A stretch of DNA of 64,000 nucleotides from assembly GCF_009914755.1 (NCBI RefSeq), contig NC_060934.1. One strand, written 5' to 3'. Positions within the stretch are counted from its first letter, which is position 1. The number at the start of each line of letters is the position of its first letter. Positions 41,614 through 59,805 of this stretch are shown here, piece by piece. The position numbers and the translations under genes were made by a program. This stretch comes from the human T2T-CHM13v2.0 reference genome, Homo sapiens. Below the pieces are notes generated by a model. The model had not been told where the DNA came from and did not search any database. It was given only the letters and a program-made list of their open reading frames with translations.

Positions 41614-42103
41614 TGTAGGGCAGATGCCCCTAACGTTAGTAGATTAAGCATACCGGGAGAAGGACCCTGACAGTAATAACTTAAGCCTACCTGAGAATCA
41701 CCCTATGATCTAAAAGGAATTATGTGTTCAGAGTTCCAAACTACGGAATCCGGCTTGGATTCATTCCAACCCAGAGATTCATTCCTTTATCTATGAGGAA
41801 CATCTGAATCCCTGACCCGTTTATGGAACCCAGGCCATACAGAGGATTGAGGCCCTTTGTTTTGGATTAAATAAAGGTTGCCAGGTGATGGCTGCTAGGG
41901 GCAGGGTGCTAAGTGGAAATGTTATATAAACTGTATGCTTTTTCCAAGCAGTTGAAGTTCTGTCCAGCCCACCACCACAGCACCACCCTTTATGCAAGTC
42001 CCCTCAATAAATCCTCTGTCTCATTTGCTGGCTCTGGGTCTCTTCCCCAGCCTCTCTAACATGGTGCCATCCCCATCAAAGTCAACAGGTGTGCGGCATG
42101 ACA
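41614..42103 (+). mobile_element. Complete solo LTR, ERVL class (LTR47-like)
   Basis: TG...CA ends, 5-bp TSD CATGC/TATGC, TATA-like TTATATAAA near 41921, AATAAA near 42006. Confidence 0.8.
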
Positions 42104-42318
42104 TATGCTATCCTCATTAAACCTATACTGGCACCTTTTCAGTTAAAAGTATAACTGGACAGAAAAGAGGTTTACATGGAAAATCTAAAATACTCACTAT
42201 AGGCCAGACACAGTGGTTCATGCCTGTAATCCCAGCACTTTGGGAGGCGAGGCAGGCAGATCACCTGAGGTCATGAGTTCAAGACCAGCCTGACCAACAT
42301 GGCAAAACCCCGTCTCTA

Positions 42319-42582
<264 letters not shown>

Positions 42583-42760
42583 TCAAGTGGTTCTCAGTCT
42601 TGGCTATACACTGGAATCACCTGGGGGGCTTCAAATAGTGATACCTGGGTCCTGCTCCCACAGACTCTGATTTAATCGGTCTGGGGTGCACCCAAGCCCT
42701 GGGATTTTCAGAAGTTCCCCAGATGATTCTCCTGTGCACCTGAGGCTAAGAACCACAGCA
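42583..42760. mobile_element. MER5A-like hAT MITE
   Basis: AGTGGTTCTCA ... GAATCACCTGGGG ... TCTGATTTAAT.GGTCTGGGGTG ... AAGAACCAC. Confidence 0.75.
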
Positions 42761-43610
42761 TGAGACATAACCCATGGACAGGTGTTGACAATATTAGGCT
42801 CTGATTATAAATTAGTTTGGCCAGGTAATTTCTTTCTTGATCCAAATAAGCCTACAGAAATTATTCCCAAGAAAGAAATCTTAGTATTTTTTTTTTTTTG
42901 ACACAGGATATTGCTCTGTCGCCCAGGTGGAATTACATTGGCACAATCATAGCTCACTGTAACCTTGAACTTCTGGGCTCCAGCAATACTCCTGCCTCAA
43001 CCTACCAAGTAGCTGAGACTACAAGCACTCACTACCACGCCTGGCTAATTTATTTTTTTTATTTTTATTTTTTGTTGTAGAAACAGGGTCTCACCATGTT
43101 GCCCAAGCTGGGTGGTCTCCAACTCATGGGCTCAAGCAATCCTCCCATCTTGGCCTCCCGAAGTGCTGGGATTACAGGTATGAGCCACCACACCCAGCCT
43201 TCCGAGTAAATATTACCTATTAATTAGGATTTATCAGACCCAATACCTAATTTAACATGCAAGTCACTTGACACATAATGAGTGCTTAGAATATAGAGAA
43301 ATCAAAAGATTATCAAGTCAGAATCATGCAAGGAACTTTTACACACCTTAGCAACAGCAGATTCACACCAAGACCTGTTACACTGATTTTTTTTTTTTTT
43401 TTCCAGGAAACTGAGCCACAACTTTCTAAAATCATGTTTCTTAGGAAAAAATGTCACTAGAGCCTGATTTGGTCATATTCCAGGAGAATTTTATCTTTAA
43501 TAGGTGTTTCAGAATGCTATCAAGGTGGATGAAATGAAAACATTTGTGGCCGGGTGCGGTGGCTCACGCCTGTAATCCCAACACTTTGGGAGGCCGAGGC
43601 AGGTGGATCA

Positions 43611-43889
<279 letters not shown>

Positions 43890-44634
43890 CTATTTTAAGT
43901 AATCCACAGAAAAGGCAGAGAGGTAGCAGTGAAGATACAGACAGCTGGTAGATTCAAAAGATATTTAACACACTTGTAATGCCAGCCCACTGGGAGGCCA
44001 AGGCGGGTGGACTGCTTGAGTTCCAGAGTTCAAGACCGGCCTGGGCAATATGGAGAAACCCTGTCTCTACCAAAAATACAAAAAATTAGCCAGGCATGGT
44101 GGCACACACCTGTAGTCCCAGCTATTTGGGGGGTTTAAGTGGGAGGATCACTTGAGCCCAGGAAGTCAAGGCTACAGTGAGCCGAGATCGCACCACTGCA
44201 CTGCAGCCTGGGTAACAAAGCAAAGCCCTGTCTTTAAAAAAAAAAAAAAGAGATATTTAAAAGGTAATATGGGATATGGTGGTTGGGCACAGTGGCTCAT
44301 CCCAACACTTTGGGAGACCAAGGTGGGAGGATCACTTTTGTCCAGGAGTTCAAGACCAGCCTGGGAAACATAGTAAAACCCCATCTCTACAAATAATTCA
44401 AAAAATTAGCCAGGCTTGGTGGTGTGTGCCGGTTCCAGCTACTTGGGAGGCTGAGGTGAAAGGATCACTTTACCCCGGGCAGTCAAGGCTGCAGTGAGCC
44501 AAGATTGTGCCACTGCACTCTAACCTGGCAACAGTGCGACACCCTGTCTCAAAAATACAATAATAAAAATAGGCTGGGTGCAGTGGCTCACACCTATAAT
44601 TCCGGCACTTTGGGAAGCTGAGGCAGGTGGATCA

Positions 44635-44826
<192 letters not shown>

Positions 44827-44889
44827 CTAGGCGAAAGAGCGAAACTCTGTCTCAAAATAAATAAATAAATTAAATAAATTAAATAAAAG

Positions 44890-45601
<712 letters not shown>

Positions 45602-45801
45602 AGAGGCAAAATCAGCTTAGTGATACATGTGGAACAATGAAATTAATCTGTAATCAGTCCTTTGACATTTCAGGACATAACACTACACTATTTTATCATT
45701 AGTAATCAAGCACTGCAATAAGTATGGAAGACCAAAGGGTCCACTTCCCGCTGAGTTTCCTGTAAGTGTCTTCCCATGAAACTGTTGGGGACATGACTCA
45801 C

Positions 45802-45901
45802 TTATAGAGCAAGCTGGGGGCCCTCAAAGTAGACCGGAATCCTTGTGGGGTCTGCTCCACCTCGTAGGCATCACAGGGCTCATCAGCACACTCCATGGAG
45901 C
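45802..45901 (-). CDS. ASCC1: ASCC1 exon 3 (100 nt)
   Basis: Acceptor gtgcag|, donor |gtgagt. Reads (G)SMECADEPCDAYEVEQTPQGFRSTLRAPSLLY(K); phase matches exon 2. Confidence 0.97.
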
Positions 45902-46157
45902 CTGCACAGAAACCATCACATCTCACTCAGAAACAATGTTGCTCTGTGGACAACAGCTTTCGCCTCAGCTGTCAACCGCTGTTGAGGTTTAAAAAAAGCA
46001 ATACACAGGCATAAAGAACAGCCGGACACTGTACATTCCATGACACTGCTCTGATACTCCTTCTGACCCGATCGTATAGGAAATAAACCTTAAAAAAACA
46101 CATAATGACTATTTTAAATCTTTCAGTCTTGGAACCCTGGGAAGGTAGTATATGCAT

Positions 46158-47570
<1,413 letters not shown>

Positions 47571-48256
47571 TTATTGGGCAATGGACTAAATACATACGTT
47601 CATTTATTTCAAAAATTTATACATAATTACTTTAGGGCCAAGTGCGGTAGCTCATGCCTGTAATCCCAGCACTTTGAGAGGCCAAGGCAGGTGGATCACT
47701 TGAGGTCAGGAGTTTGAGACTAGCCTGGCCAACATGGTGAAACCCTGTCTCTACTAAAAATACAAAAATTAGCTGGGCATCCTGGCACATGGCTGTAATC
47801 CCAGCTACTCAGGAGGCTGAGGCACCAGAATCACTTGAACCTGGGAGGCGGAGGCTGCAGTGAGTGGAGATCACATTACTGCATTCCAGCCTAGGTGACA
47901 GAGCAAGACTCCATCTCAAATAATAATAATATTATTAATAATAATAATTACAACTCTACAACGGAACTTAATTTTGTCATAGAATATTAATGGTTAATAT
48001 TAACAACTAAAATTTCTCTATGATATTTAAACCTCTGTACAAAGAAGAAACATAACTTATAAATTGCAACCAAAAACACTTCAGCTAAACTCAAACTCAT
48101 CAGTACCCTTAGACATGAACATAAATGGAGCTATATGAGGCCAAACATCTCAAATTTCAGTGCTGACACAGAAACACATTAAAACAAACAAAAAATTGAT
48201 CCTACAATACACAGGACATTTTACTTCTTATCTGACCAAAGAGCAACTAGGATTAC

Positions 48257-48368
48257 CTTGATAGAAGTCCTCTTCATCTTCTTCATGTTGATAGGTCTGT
48301 TCTTGGACTGGATTCTTCCTGTAATTCCGGCCATCAATTCTTATAAGCTGTGGACGCAGAACTTCCAT
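48257..48368 (-). CDS. ASCC1: ASCC1 exon 2, coding part (112 nt; whole exon 48257-48401 including 33 nt 5'UTR)
   Basis: Translates to MEVLRPQLIRIDGRNYRKNPVQEQTYQHEEDEEDFYQ(G), the ASCC1 N-terminus. Acceptor ttttcag| before 48401, donor CAAG|gtaatc after 48257, ATG in good Kozak context (gtcATGG). Confidence 0.97.
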
Positions 48369-48906
48369 GACACTTTCTCCAAATGATATTCCAATTATGC
48401 CCTGAAAAATATAATTACCATCTTACCTTTCTTAGTGAGAATTAAAACTCCTATCTCTAGTGTCTGAACCATTATGCAGGTCTGAATTGGGCATCAGTTC
48501 ACAGTATCTCCCACACAAAAGCAGCACCATTTCCCATTGGATTTCCCATCTGTAAACCAGTTTAGGTTAATTGCTGCATTTTCTACCACACTGGCTCACT
48601 CTAGACAGCAAAGTAATTTGTAAACTATTTATCACCCCCCCCCCAAAAATGATTAAAAGGCATACACTCTTAAAAAAAAAAAAAAAAGAAGGAAGGGAGG
48701 GGAGCAGTGGTTCACATCTGTAATCCCAGCACTTTGGGAGGCCAAGGTGGGAGGATTGGTTGAGGCTGGAGTTCAAGATCAGCCTTATGAACATAGTGAG
48801 ACCTCGTCTCTAAAAAAAGAAAAAGAGGGCCAGGTGTGGTGGCTCACACCTGTAATCCCAGCACTTTGGGAGGCCGAGGCAGGCAGATCACAAGGTCAGG
48901 AGTTCA

Positions 48907-49383
<477 letters not shown>

Positions 49384-49464
49384 CTAATGAGTAAAATGCA
49401 AACTTCAGTGGTTATCTAACCATTTGCACAATATCTCTTTTTTTTTTTTTTTTTTTTTTTTTGA

Positions 49465-49759
<295 letters not shown>

Positions 49760-50209
49760 TAGCAAGATAATTAAGACAATGAGGGATATTTAATACACTT
49801 AACCATCCAGAAAAAAAAAAGCCCCTAAGTACTTTTAGAGGTGCTAGAAATTCATACCAAACAATCAGTTCCAGTTGTCTGTTAAAGCACAGTTAAAATA
49901 ACAACTTAACCAATATGGTTCTCAGACCAACATACTGCTGAAGGGGGGAATCCAATTTCCACAGGCCACTGCCCAACAAAATGCACATCGCTCACTGCGA
50001 AGCCAAGCTTCTGGTCACATCACTTAATGAATCAATAATTTAGGAAACAAAGGTTCCTTACAGGCTAGCTGAGGTTAAATTCAACCAATATTCCTACCAC
50101 GTACAGCTTAGATAGTCTTGAAGCCCAAAATACTTAAAAGTTCCAAAGAAAACAAGTTGATCCTTACTAAATACACTAATGTTCAAGCCAACGTGGGCGC
50201 GGTGGCTCA

Positions 50210-50636
<427 letters not shown>

Positions 50637-51081
50637 CTAAAGTTCTCAACGAAAAAAGACTTTCAAAGGAAAAGCTTAAAAAAAAAATGTTCCCCACAAA
50701 AACAGACTAAGATGAAAGTCGGGCCCTCAGACCACGAGCTCCGGAAGAACAGGCAGTTGTCGCGGAGACAGCAAATGCAGCATCTACCTGTCCTACATGG
50801 CCCTGCGCTACGAGACTGCTCGGAAGGAAAGAGAGGAATAACCAACTTAACCCTGCTTCGAGGTGGTTTGGAGAGGAAGAGGAAAGCTGTGTCTTTCTGC
50901 AATATCGTGAGGGAAGCCGAGGCCCTGAATCATCAAAGAGAAGGAGAAGAGGACTAGGCGGCTGCAGGTAAACCAAGGTAGGGCGAGGAGGAGGACCCGG
51001 AATTCCTCTACGCGAGCGCGTTCTCTGCTCCCCTCCTCGCGTCTCCGCCCCGGCCACGCCCACCACGGCACGGGCGCGCGC

Positions 51082-51208
51082 ACGCCGCCTTCGCCGCTGG
51101 CTCCGTCTGTTGGGGGGCGAACACGCCGCGGTCCTCGTCGTGGTGAGCGCAGCCACTCAGGCTGGTCCTGGGGGTGGGGCTGTAGGGGAAAGTGCTAAAG
51201 CCGCTGAG
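51082..51208 (+). other. ANAPC16: ANAPC16 non-coding exon 1 (5' boundary approximate)
   Basis: Strong donor GCTGAG|gtaaga at 51208/51209 in the CpG island; can splice to the acceptor at 58926. Confidence 0.8.
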
Positions 51209-51276
51209 GTAAGAGGCCGAGGGGTCGAGGGCCCTCGGGAGCTTGGTGAAAAGGGAGTTAACCCCCAGGATCCTAC

Positions 51277-51346
51277 CTGCAGGGACTAGAAAAATGGAGA
51301 AGGTAGGAGGAGAAACAGGAGACTGCTGCAGCAGACGTGCGATAGG
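51277..51346 (-). other. ASCC1: ASCC1 non-coding exon 1 (5' boundary approximate)
   Basis: Minus-strand donor CTGCAG|gtagga at 51277/51276 within the CpG island, with NRF1 and GC-box motifs just upstream. TSS is from recollection and cannot be derived from sequence. Confidence 0.75.
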
Positions 51347-52324
51347 AAATTTCCCCAGGCCGGGTTTGACCGAGTGCGCATGCGGGCCGAGGGCTGGCGC
51401 CTGCGCAGTGGGACAGCGCCGATGGCGTAGTTTCCTGGGGACCCAGCTGGGTGGGAAAAGTGGCTAGGAGTTAGCTTGGGAGCCGCTGGTGTTCTGAGCG
51501 CTCCCCTCTCTGGCCACTTTTTCTCCACGCCCACCCCCGCCCCGTTCCCGCCCCCCCCCCCCCCGTTACAGCTGCGGCATCTATTTGGTTTGGGTTGTAA
51601 TCCAGCTGTTTTGAAGTGGAACGATTTGTTGATGATGGAATTTAATGATTACTTGTAATAATTTGCCTTTGTACTAGGGTAGGAACTTTTAAGGAATTAC
51701 TCTTTTTAAGAAAATAGGCATATATCTGTTAGAAAGGAAAGGAATTTATATTCATAAATATATGAATGCGAGGTCATCCCTGCCGTACATGAAGTAAATG
51801 TTTAAGCATCTTAGCTCGGACACAGCAATCTGTGTCCACAAAGCATCGTTACTCTCCTGTGAGGATCTCCACTGTCAGCCCCAACTTACCTGACAGGGCC
51901 AAGTCCCAGGATACTTCATCATCAGTATTTGTTTGACAAAATTTTACTGGGCACCTCCGGTGGGCCTGGCAAACTGGTTGAAGATAGAGTTGTGCGAATA
52001 GATCTGCACAATGAGAAAGAAAAAAATCCATAATGATCCAATACTCATGACACAGCGCTTCTCTATCTCCTGCATGACCTTTGCTGAGCTGCTCGCCCTG
52101 CGTTCTGTCGTTTGTTCATCATTCATTCATCCGAAATGCTCGGGACTGGAAGCACAGTGGAAACACTGCCCCAGGTTCTGTGCTCGGCATTGAGGGTAGA
52201 AAGACTTTTCGAAGGTGGCAGGGTGTTTCTTAAGATCATTGAACCTTAAAATGAAAGTGTAGGCCGGGCGCGGTGGCTCACGTCTGTAATCCTAGCACTT
52301 TGGGAGGCCGAGGCGGGCGGATCA

Positions 52325-52573
<249 letters not shown>

Positions 52574-52856
52574 TTAATAGAAGGCACTGGCCCTCCTCCT
52601 GAACAGATTCTTTCTCCTGTGGGAGCTTGCTGACTCTGTTAGATGGAGAGAATTAATACTTTTCCCATGAGGTTTTTTCATAGTAAGTATGAAAACCTGG
52701 GATCTGCATAGGAAAAAAGACTCAGTAGTAACTCTCCGTTAATGACTTTGAATAGCCAAGATTTATGAAGTGTTTACTAAGCCTGTAACTGTTCCAAGTG
52801 TTTTACGTGTATTAACTAATCTTTGTCACACCTGTGTGAGGTAGGTGCCGTTATTA

Positions 52857-53089
52857 CAGGTTGAGTATCCTTAATCCAGAAATCCAAAATCCTCCAAAAT
52901 TTAAAACTTTTTGAGCACTGACAGGATGGTCAAAGGAAATGCTAATTGGAGCATTTTGAATTTTAGATTTTCGGATTTGAGAGGCTTAATCATTAAGTAT
53001 AATGCAGATATCCCAAAACCTGAAAAAAAAATCCGAAATCCAGAATACTTCCAAGTCCCAAGCATTTCGGATGAAGGGTACTCAACCTG
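52857..53089 (-). mobile_element. Tigger4a/MER46-type TcMar MITE inserted in a MIR
   Basis: TIRs CAGGTTGAGTA ... TACTCAACCTG, TA at 52855-52856, internal AATCC(G/A)AAA repeats. Confidence 0.85.
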
Positions 53090-53214
53090 TTTCCCATTTT
53101 GCAGATAAGACAACTAAGGAACAAAAAGATCCCGGAGGGGGAGGCGGAGGTTGCAGTGAGCCAAGATCGTGCCATTGCACTCTAGCCTGGGCAACAAGAG
53201 TGAAACTCTGTCTC

Positions 53215-53230
<16 letters not shown>

Positions 53231-53266
<36 letters not shown>
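53231..53266. repeat. (AT)n microsatellite between an Alu tail and MER85
   Basis: Direct inspection; perfect run. Confidence 0.95.
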
Positions 53267-53270
<4 letters not shown>

Positions 53271-53391
53271 GAGGTTGCAATTTTTTACATTTTTGGCATC
53301 AGACCTTGGCGATGACCTTGAGCAGTAGGGTATAAATAACTCCCACATGCTTAGCGTTCCAGTAATGGAACACTAGGCATAAATGGGTTAA
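53264..53391 (-). mobile_element. MER85 (piggyBac PGBD3-derived MITE), one TIR lost
   Basis: Minus strand reads TTAA CCCATTTATGCCTAGTGTTCCATTACTGGAACGCTAAGCATGTGGGAGTTATTTATACCCTACTGCTCAAGGTCATCGCCAAGGTCTGATG. TTAA target at 53388-53391; the far TIR is truncated by an Alu tail and (AT)n. Confidence 0.9.
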
Positions 53392-54457
53392 ATGATGTGT
53401 CCACAGTCATGCAGCAAGTAAGTAGCAAAACCAGAACTCAGAGAGGCTTCATAATCTTACCCATTATGCTGCTTTACGTTGCACATGACAAATAACATAC
53501 CAACAAGCCATTGCTTCAAAATGTCACAGCAGATAAGCTAAAATTGTCTCTACACCTCAGTTTTATTTTTTCATATATAAAATGGGGAAGTTGGGTTAGA
53601 TGACCTTTAAGGAATCTGTGGTTTCTGTGAAATATTTAATTCACTCAGCAAACATTTACTGAAGTGAACAACTACTTCCTTACTATAGGCCAGGTGTTAT
53701 GTTTGGTTCTGGTGATCAGTTAATTCCTGCCCTGAGAGCAGTTACCATCTAGGGTTTATTAGTTTTGCTTTACTCTCATTTACCACTTGCTGGTAGCATT
53801 CAAAATTTAACCTAAATCTTTAGAGCTAGAAATTACTTAGGTATATCCTTCCACCTCAGCAGAAAACTGCTTATTTAAAGTTAGCTTTATGCTAATTCTG
53901 TGCTCCAGTTTTCAACCCTGGCTGTTTTGTGTGTGGAACGATAGTAGTTCTGAGAGTTTGGAAGAAAACAGGATGAAAGGGAGTTCGTTTGATTATATTC
54001 AGCTTAGAAGTCACACTGTGGCTACCTTTTGAAGCTGTCCTCACTCTGGCAGTTGCTTGGGTGCTCTGCTCAGCACCTGACTTCAAAATATAAAGTATAA
54101 AGCATTTGCAACTGAATAGAGCATTTATCAGGGTGTAGGTAAAATAGATTAGAGTTTTAAATCTTAGGTGAGATATATAAACAGTTCACCGTGGGTTCTA
54201 CTCTGAACTGATGGGAAATAAAGACTGAGCTGCTCTCCAAAAGATGGCTAAGTTGTCTGTATACTTTATTTGAATCCCACCAGGAATTCACTTAGAGATT
54301 TGGACCTGGTCCCTTACTGCTTAAGTTCAAAAACAATTCAAAAACTTGTCAGGCTGTATTTTGACCCAGTGTAGTCCGGAAGATTGGATATTAATCTAAC
54401 TCCCAAAGTTGTTGCCTCTGTGGATATGAGTACAATTTGGAAAGTTATCAGAGCTCA

Positions 54458-54634
<177 letters not shown>

Positions 54635-55215
54635 TTAGTGGGGTGTTCTGGCACGTGCCTGTAGTCCCAACTACTCGGGAGACTGAGGTGAGAGGATAAC
54701 TTGTACCCAGGAGGTCAAGGCTGGAGTTAGCCAGGATAGTGCCACTGCATTCCAGCCTGGGAAACATAGCGACACTCTGTCTCCAAACAAAATAAAAAAT
54801 AAAATGTCATTAATCAATTTGCATTTTTGCTGACAGTCTAGTTATAATAGCTGTTTTACCGTTCCCATACCCCACTTCACTATTAATCAGTGTTACTTAT
54901 AGACATGTAATGAAATCAGAAACCAAGCTCTGCTTCTCTAACAGCCTTAAATCTTCATCACAAAATTAAGCAAACAGAACAGCCAGTATTTCAAGACATA
55001 CTATATCATTTTCCTTACTAGGAATCTGGATTTTATGTATATAAATTTATATTTGTATTTCATTTCCTCACTTTTTTCTGTTTTCAAAAAACATGGCCAG
55101 GTGCAGTGGCTCACGCCTGTAATCCCAGCACTTTGGGAGGCCAAGGCAGGTGGATCACCTGAGGTCGGGAGTTCAAGACCAGCCTGACCAACATGGAGAA
55201 ACCCCATCTCTACTA

Positions 55216-55413
<198 letters not shown>

Positions 55414-55797
55414 TCAGCCAGGCATGGTGGGTCACACCTGTAATCCCAACACTTTGGGAGGCCAGGGTGGGAGAACTGCTTGAGCCCAGGAGTTCATACC
55501 AGTCTAGGGGCAACATGGTGAGAAGTTGTCTCTACTAAAAGTAAAAAGAATTAGCTGGGCATGGTGGCATGCACCTGAGGTCAGGTCCCAGCGACTTGGG
55601 AGGTTGAGAGGTTGGAGGATTGCTTGAGCCCAGGAGATGAGGCTGCAATAGCATGATCACGCCGCTGCACTTCAGCCTGGGTGACAGAGCGAGAGCCTGC
55701 CTCAAAAAACAAATATGTTTCAACTTTTTTATAATAAATATGTTCATTTTGCAACTAGCAAAAAAAAAAAAAAAAAAACCCAAAAGAAAAATACTCA

Positions 55798-56307
<510 letters not shown>

Positions 56308-56731
56308 TAAAATTAACCATTTGCCATTTTAAAGTATACAATTCAATATAAAGTTATTTTTAATCTAAATACTAGAAATTTATCCATTACAACAGCCAAT
56401 AGCCACATGTGGCTACTTAAATTTTAATTAATATTAAATAAAATTTAAAATACAGTTCTTCAGTCACACCAGTTTATAGGTGCAACATGAAGCTACTGGC
56501 AACCATATTGTGCAGTGCAGAAATAGAACACTGGAACATTTCCATCATGGCAGAAAGTTCTATTAGCATGGCACTAGACCATTTTTTCTTTTCTTTTTTT
56601 TTTTTTTTTTTTTTTTGAGACAGAGTCTGGCTCTGTCACCCAGACTGGAGTGCAATGGAATGATCTCAGCTCACTGCAACCTCCGCCTCCCAGGTTCAGG
56701 TTCAAGTGATTCTCCTGCCTCAGTCTCCTGA

Positions 56732-57010
<279 letters not shown>

Positions 57011-57353
57011 TGATCCACCCGCCTCGGCCTCCCAAAGTGCTGGGATTACAGGTGTGAGCCACCGCACCCGGCCATTTTTTCTTTAAAAAATACTAAATAC
57101 ACTTGTTAGAGGGCTGAGCGCAGTGAGACTTTGGGAGACCAAGGTGGGAGAATCACTTGAGACCAGGAGTTAAAGACCAGACTGGCCGGGCATGATGGCT
57201 CATGCCTGTAATCCCAGCACTTTGGGAGGCCGAGGCAGGCAGATCACGAGGTCAAGAGATGGAGACCATCCTGGCCAACATGGCGAAACCCTGTCTCAAC
57301 TAAAAATACAAAAATTAGCTGGGCGTGGTGGCACGCGCCTGTAGTCCCAGCTA

Positions 57354-57596
<243 letters not shown>

Positions 57597-58928
57597 TGAG
57601 GTCAGGAGTTTGAGACCAGCATGGCCAACGTGGTGAAACCCCGTGCCTACTAAAAATACAAAAATTAGCTGGGCATGGTGGCTCATGCCTGTAATTCCAG
57701 CTACTCAGGAGGCTGAGACAGGAGAATCGCTTGAACCTAGGAGACGGAGGTTGCGGTGAGCCGATATCATGCCACTGCACTCTAGCGTGGGCGACAAGAG
57801 CGAGACTCCGTCTCAAAAAATTAAAAAAGGAAAGAAAGAAAATACCATATACACTTTTTAGAATTTTTGTTAAAGTCGTGTAAGCTTCTGTGGCAAAGGG
57901 AGGGTTTTGTTTTGAACTTTTGTAAGGTGTCATGTATTCAGTACAGTTTTCTCGTTAACATTTGCATTTTTTGGTATGAAATAGGATTAAACACTCACAG
58001 GTAGGTGCTCTGTTCATAATAGGCCATGGTTTCCAAGATTGTTTCCTGAACTTTTTGTTCCAGTTTTGGGATGCCACCAAGTGATAAGTTTGGGTATTAC
58101 ATTTAGATGAAAAGGTTAATTTTTTTTTTTTTTTTTTTTTTTTTTTTGAGAGTCCCGCTCTGTCGCCCAGGCTCACTGCAACCTCCGCCTCCCGGGTTCA
58201 AATGATTCTCTTGCCTCAGCCTCCTGAGTAGCTGGGATGAGAGGCGTCCACCACCACGCCCTGCTAAATTTTTTTGTATTTTTAGTAGAGACAGAGTTTC
58301 GCCATGTTGGCCAGGCTGGTCTTGAACTCCTGGCCTCAGGTGACCTATCCGTCTCGGCCTCCCAAAGTGCTGGAATTACAGGCGTGAGCCACCGTGCCTG
58401 GCCAAAAGGTTAATTTTTAATGAGAAAGCCAATATGTATTTCCTAACTAGTTCCCCTTCCCTGGGAACAGAACACAGTGTTATTCTGGAATGTTATTTGG
58501 AAAATATTATAATTTATTGTTGTGGCTTGATCAGGATGTATCCAAGAAAAACTGTCCTATGAAGTGTGATGCTTTTATCCTCGTATAACTTATTTCCTCT
58601 GTCAAATTTCTGCCTTGGCACTGCCATATCACCCCTTCATAACTCATAAATCACCCACAGTCAATCTTAGTTGACATAAACAGTTCGCTAATGGTAGGAA
58701 TTCATGTTTTAAGTAGATATACTATTCTTAAGCATATTTTCAGTTCAAAACCTGACTGATATTTTGGCCTGAGACATCAATAAAATATTGTGAAAGTAGA
58801 GAGCATAGAAAAAAGGGGAGCTAACTCTTTACAAAACTGTATGCTGGCCCTTACAGCAGCTAGAATGAAATGTTGTCACTCTCACTTCCATAAACTTGCC
58901 AATTGCTGTTTTTCTTTCTCTGTAGTGA

Positions 58929-59117
<189 letters not shown>

Positions 59118-59367
59118 TAATTGGATTCAGATCTGCAATGCATATTAATTGTAAAGAAGCTATTAAGTGGATTAAAGATGAGTTTGCCCTGATTTCAGCT
59201 CCACATTTCATTTCTTGTCCCCATCTCAAAATAGTATCTTTAAAAACAAGTCTTGCTCCAGAATCAGAATTTTGGAGCTGAAAAGGACTTTGGAAATCAA
59301 TGAAGTCATCTAGAGTTATTTAGATCCAGAAAAGTTAAGTGATTTGACCAGGTTAAAGGCAGAGTCA

Positions 59368-59805
<438 letters not shown>

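Larger units (their letters stand above)
50700..51580. promoter_or_regulatory. CpG-island bidirectional promoter of ASCC1 and ANAPC16
   Basis: High GC and CpG density. NRF1 motifs TGCGCATGCG (51375-51384) and GCGCCTGCGCA (51397-51407), YY1-like GATGGCG (51421), GC boxes (51529-51565), ETS CCGGAA (50741), kB-like GGAAATTTCC (51345-51354). No TATA box. Confidence 0.9.

Noticed and set aside
48420-48430. Strong minus-strand donor-like AAG|GTAAGA just upstream of ASCC1 exon 2
   Set aside because: It is only ~25 nt from the acceptor, too short for an intron, and there is no evidence of use.
51844-51900. Superficial resemblance to U8 or U1 small RNA (ATCGT..., ACTTACCTG)
   Set aside because: No extended similarity; ACTTACCTG is just the complement of a splice donor.
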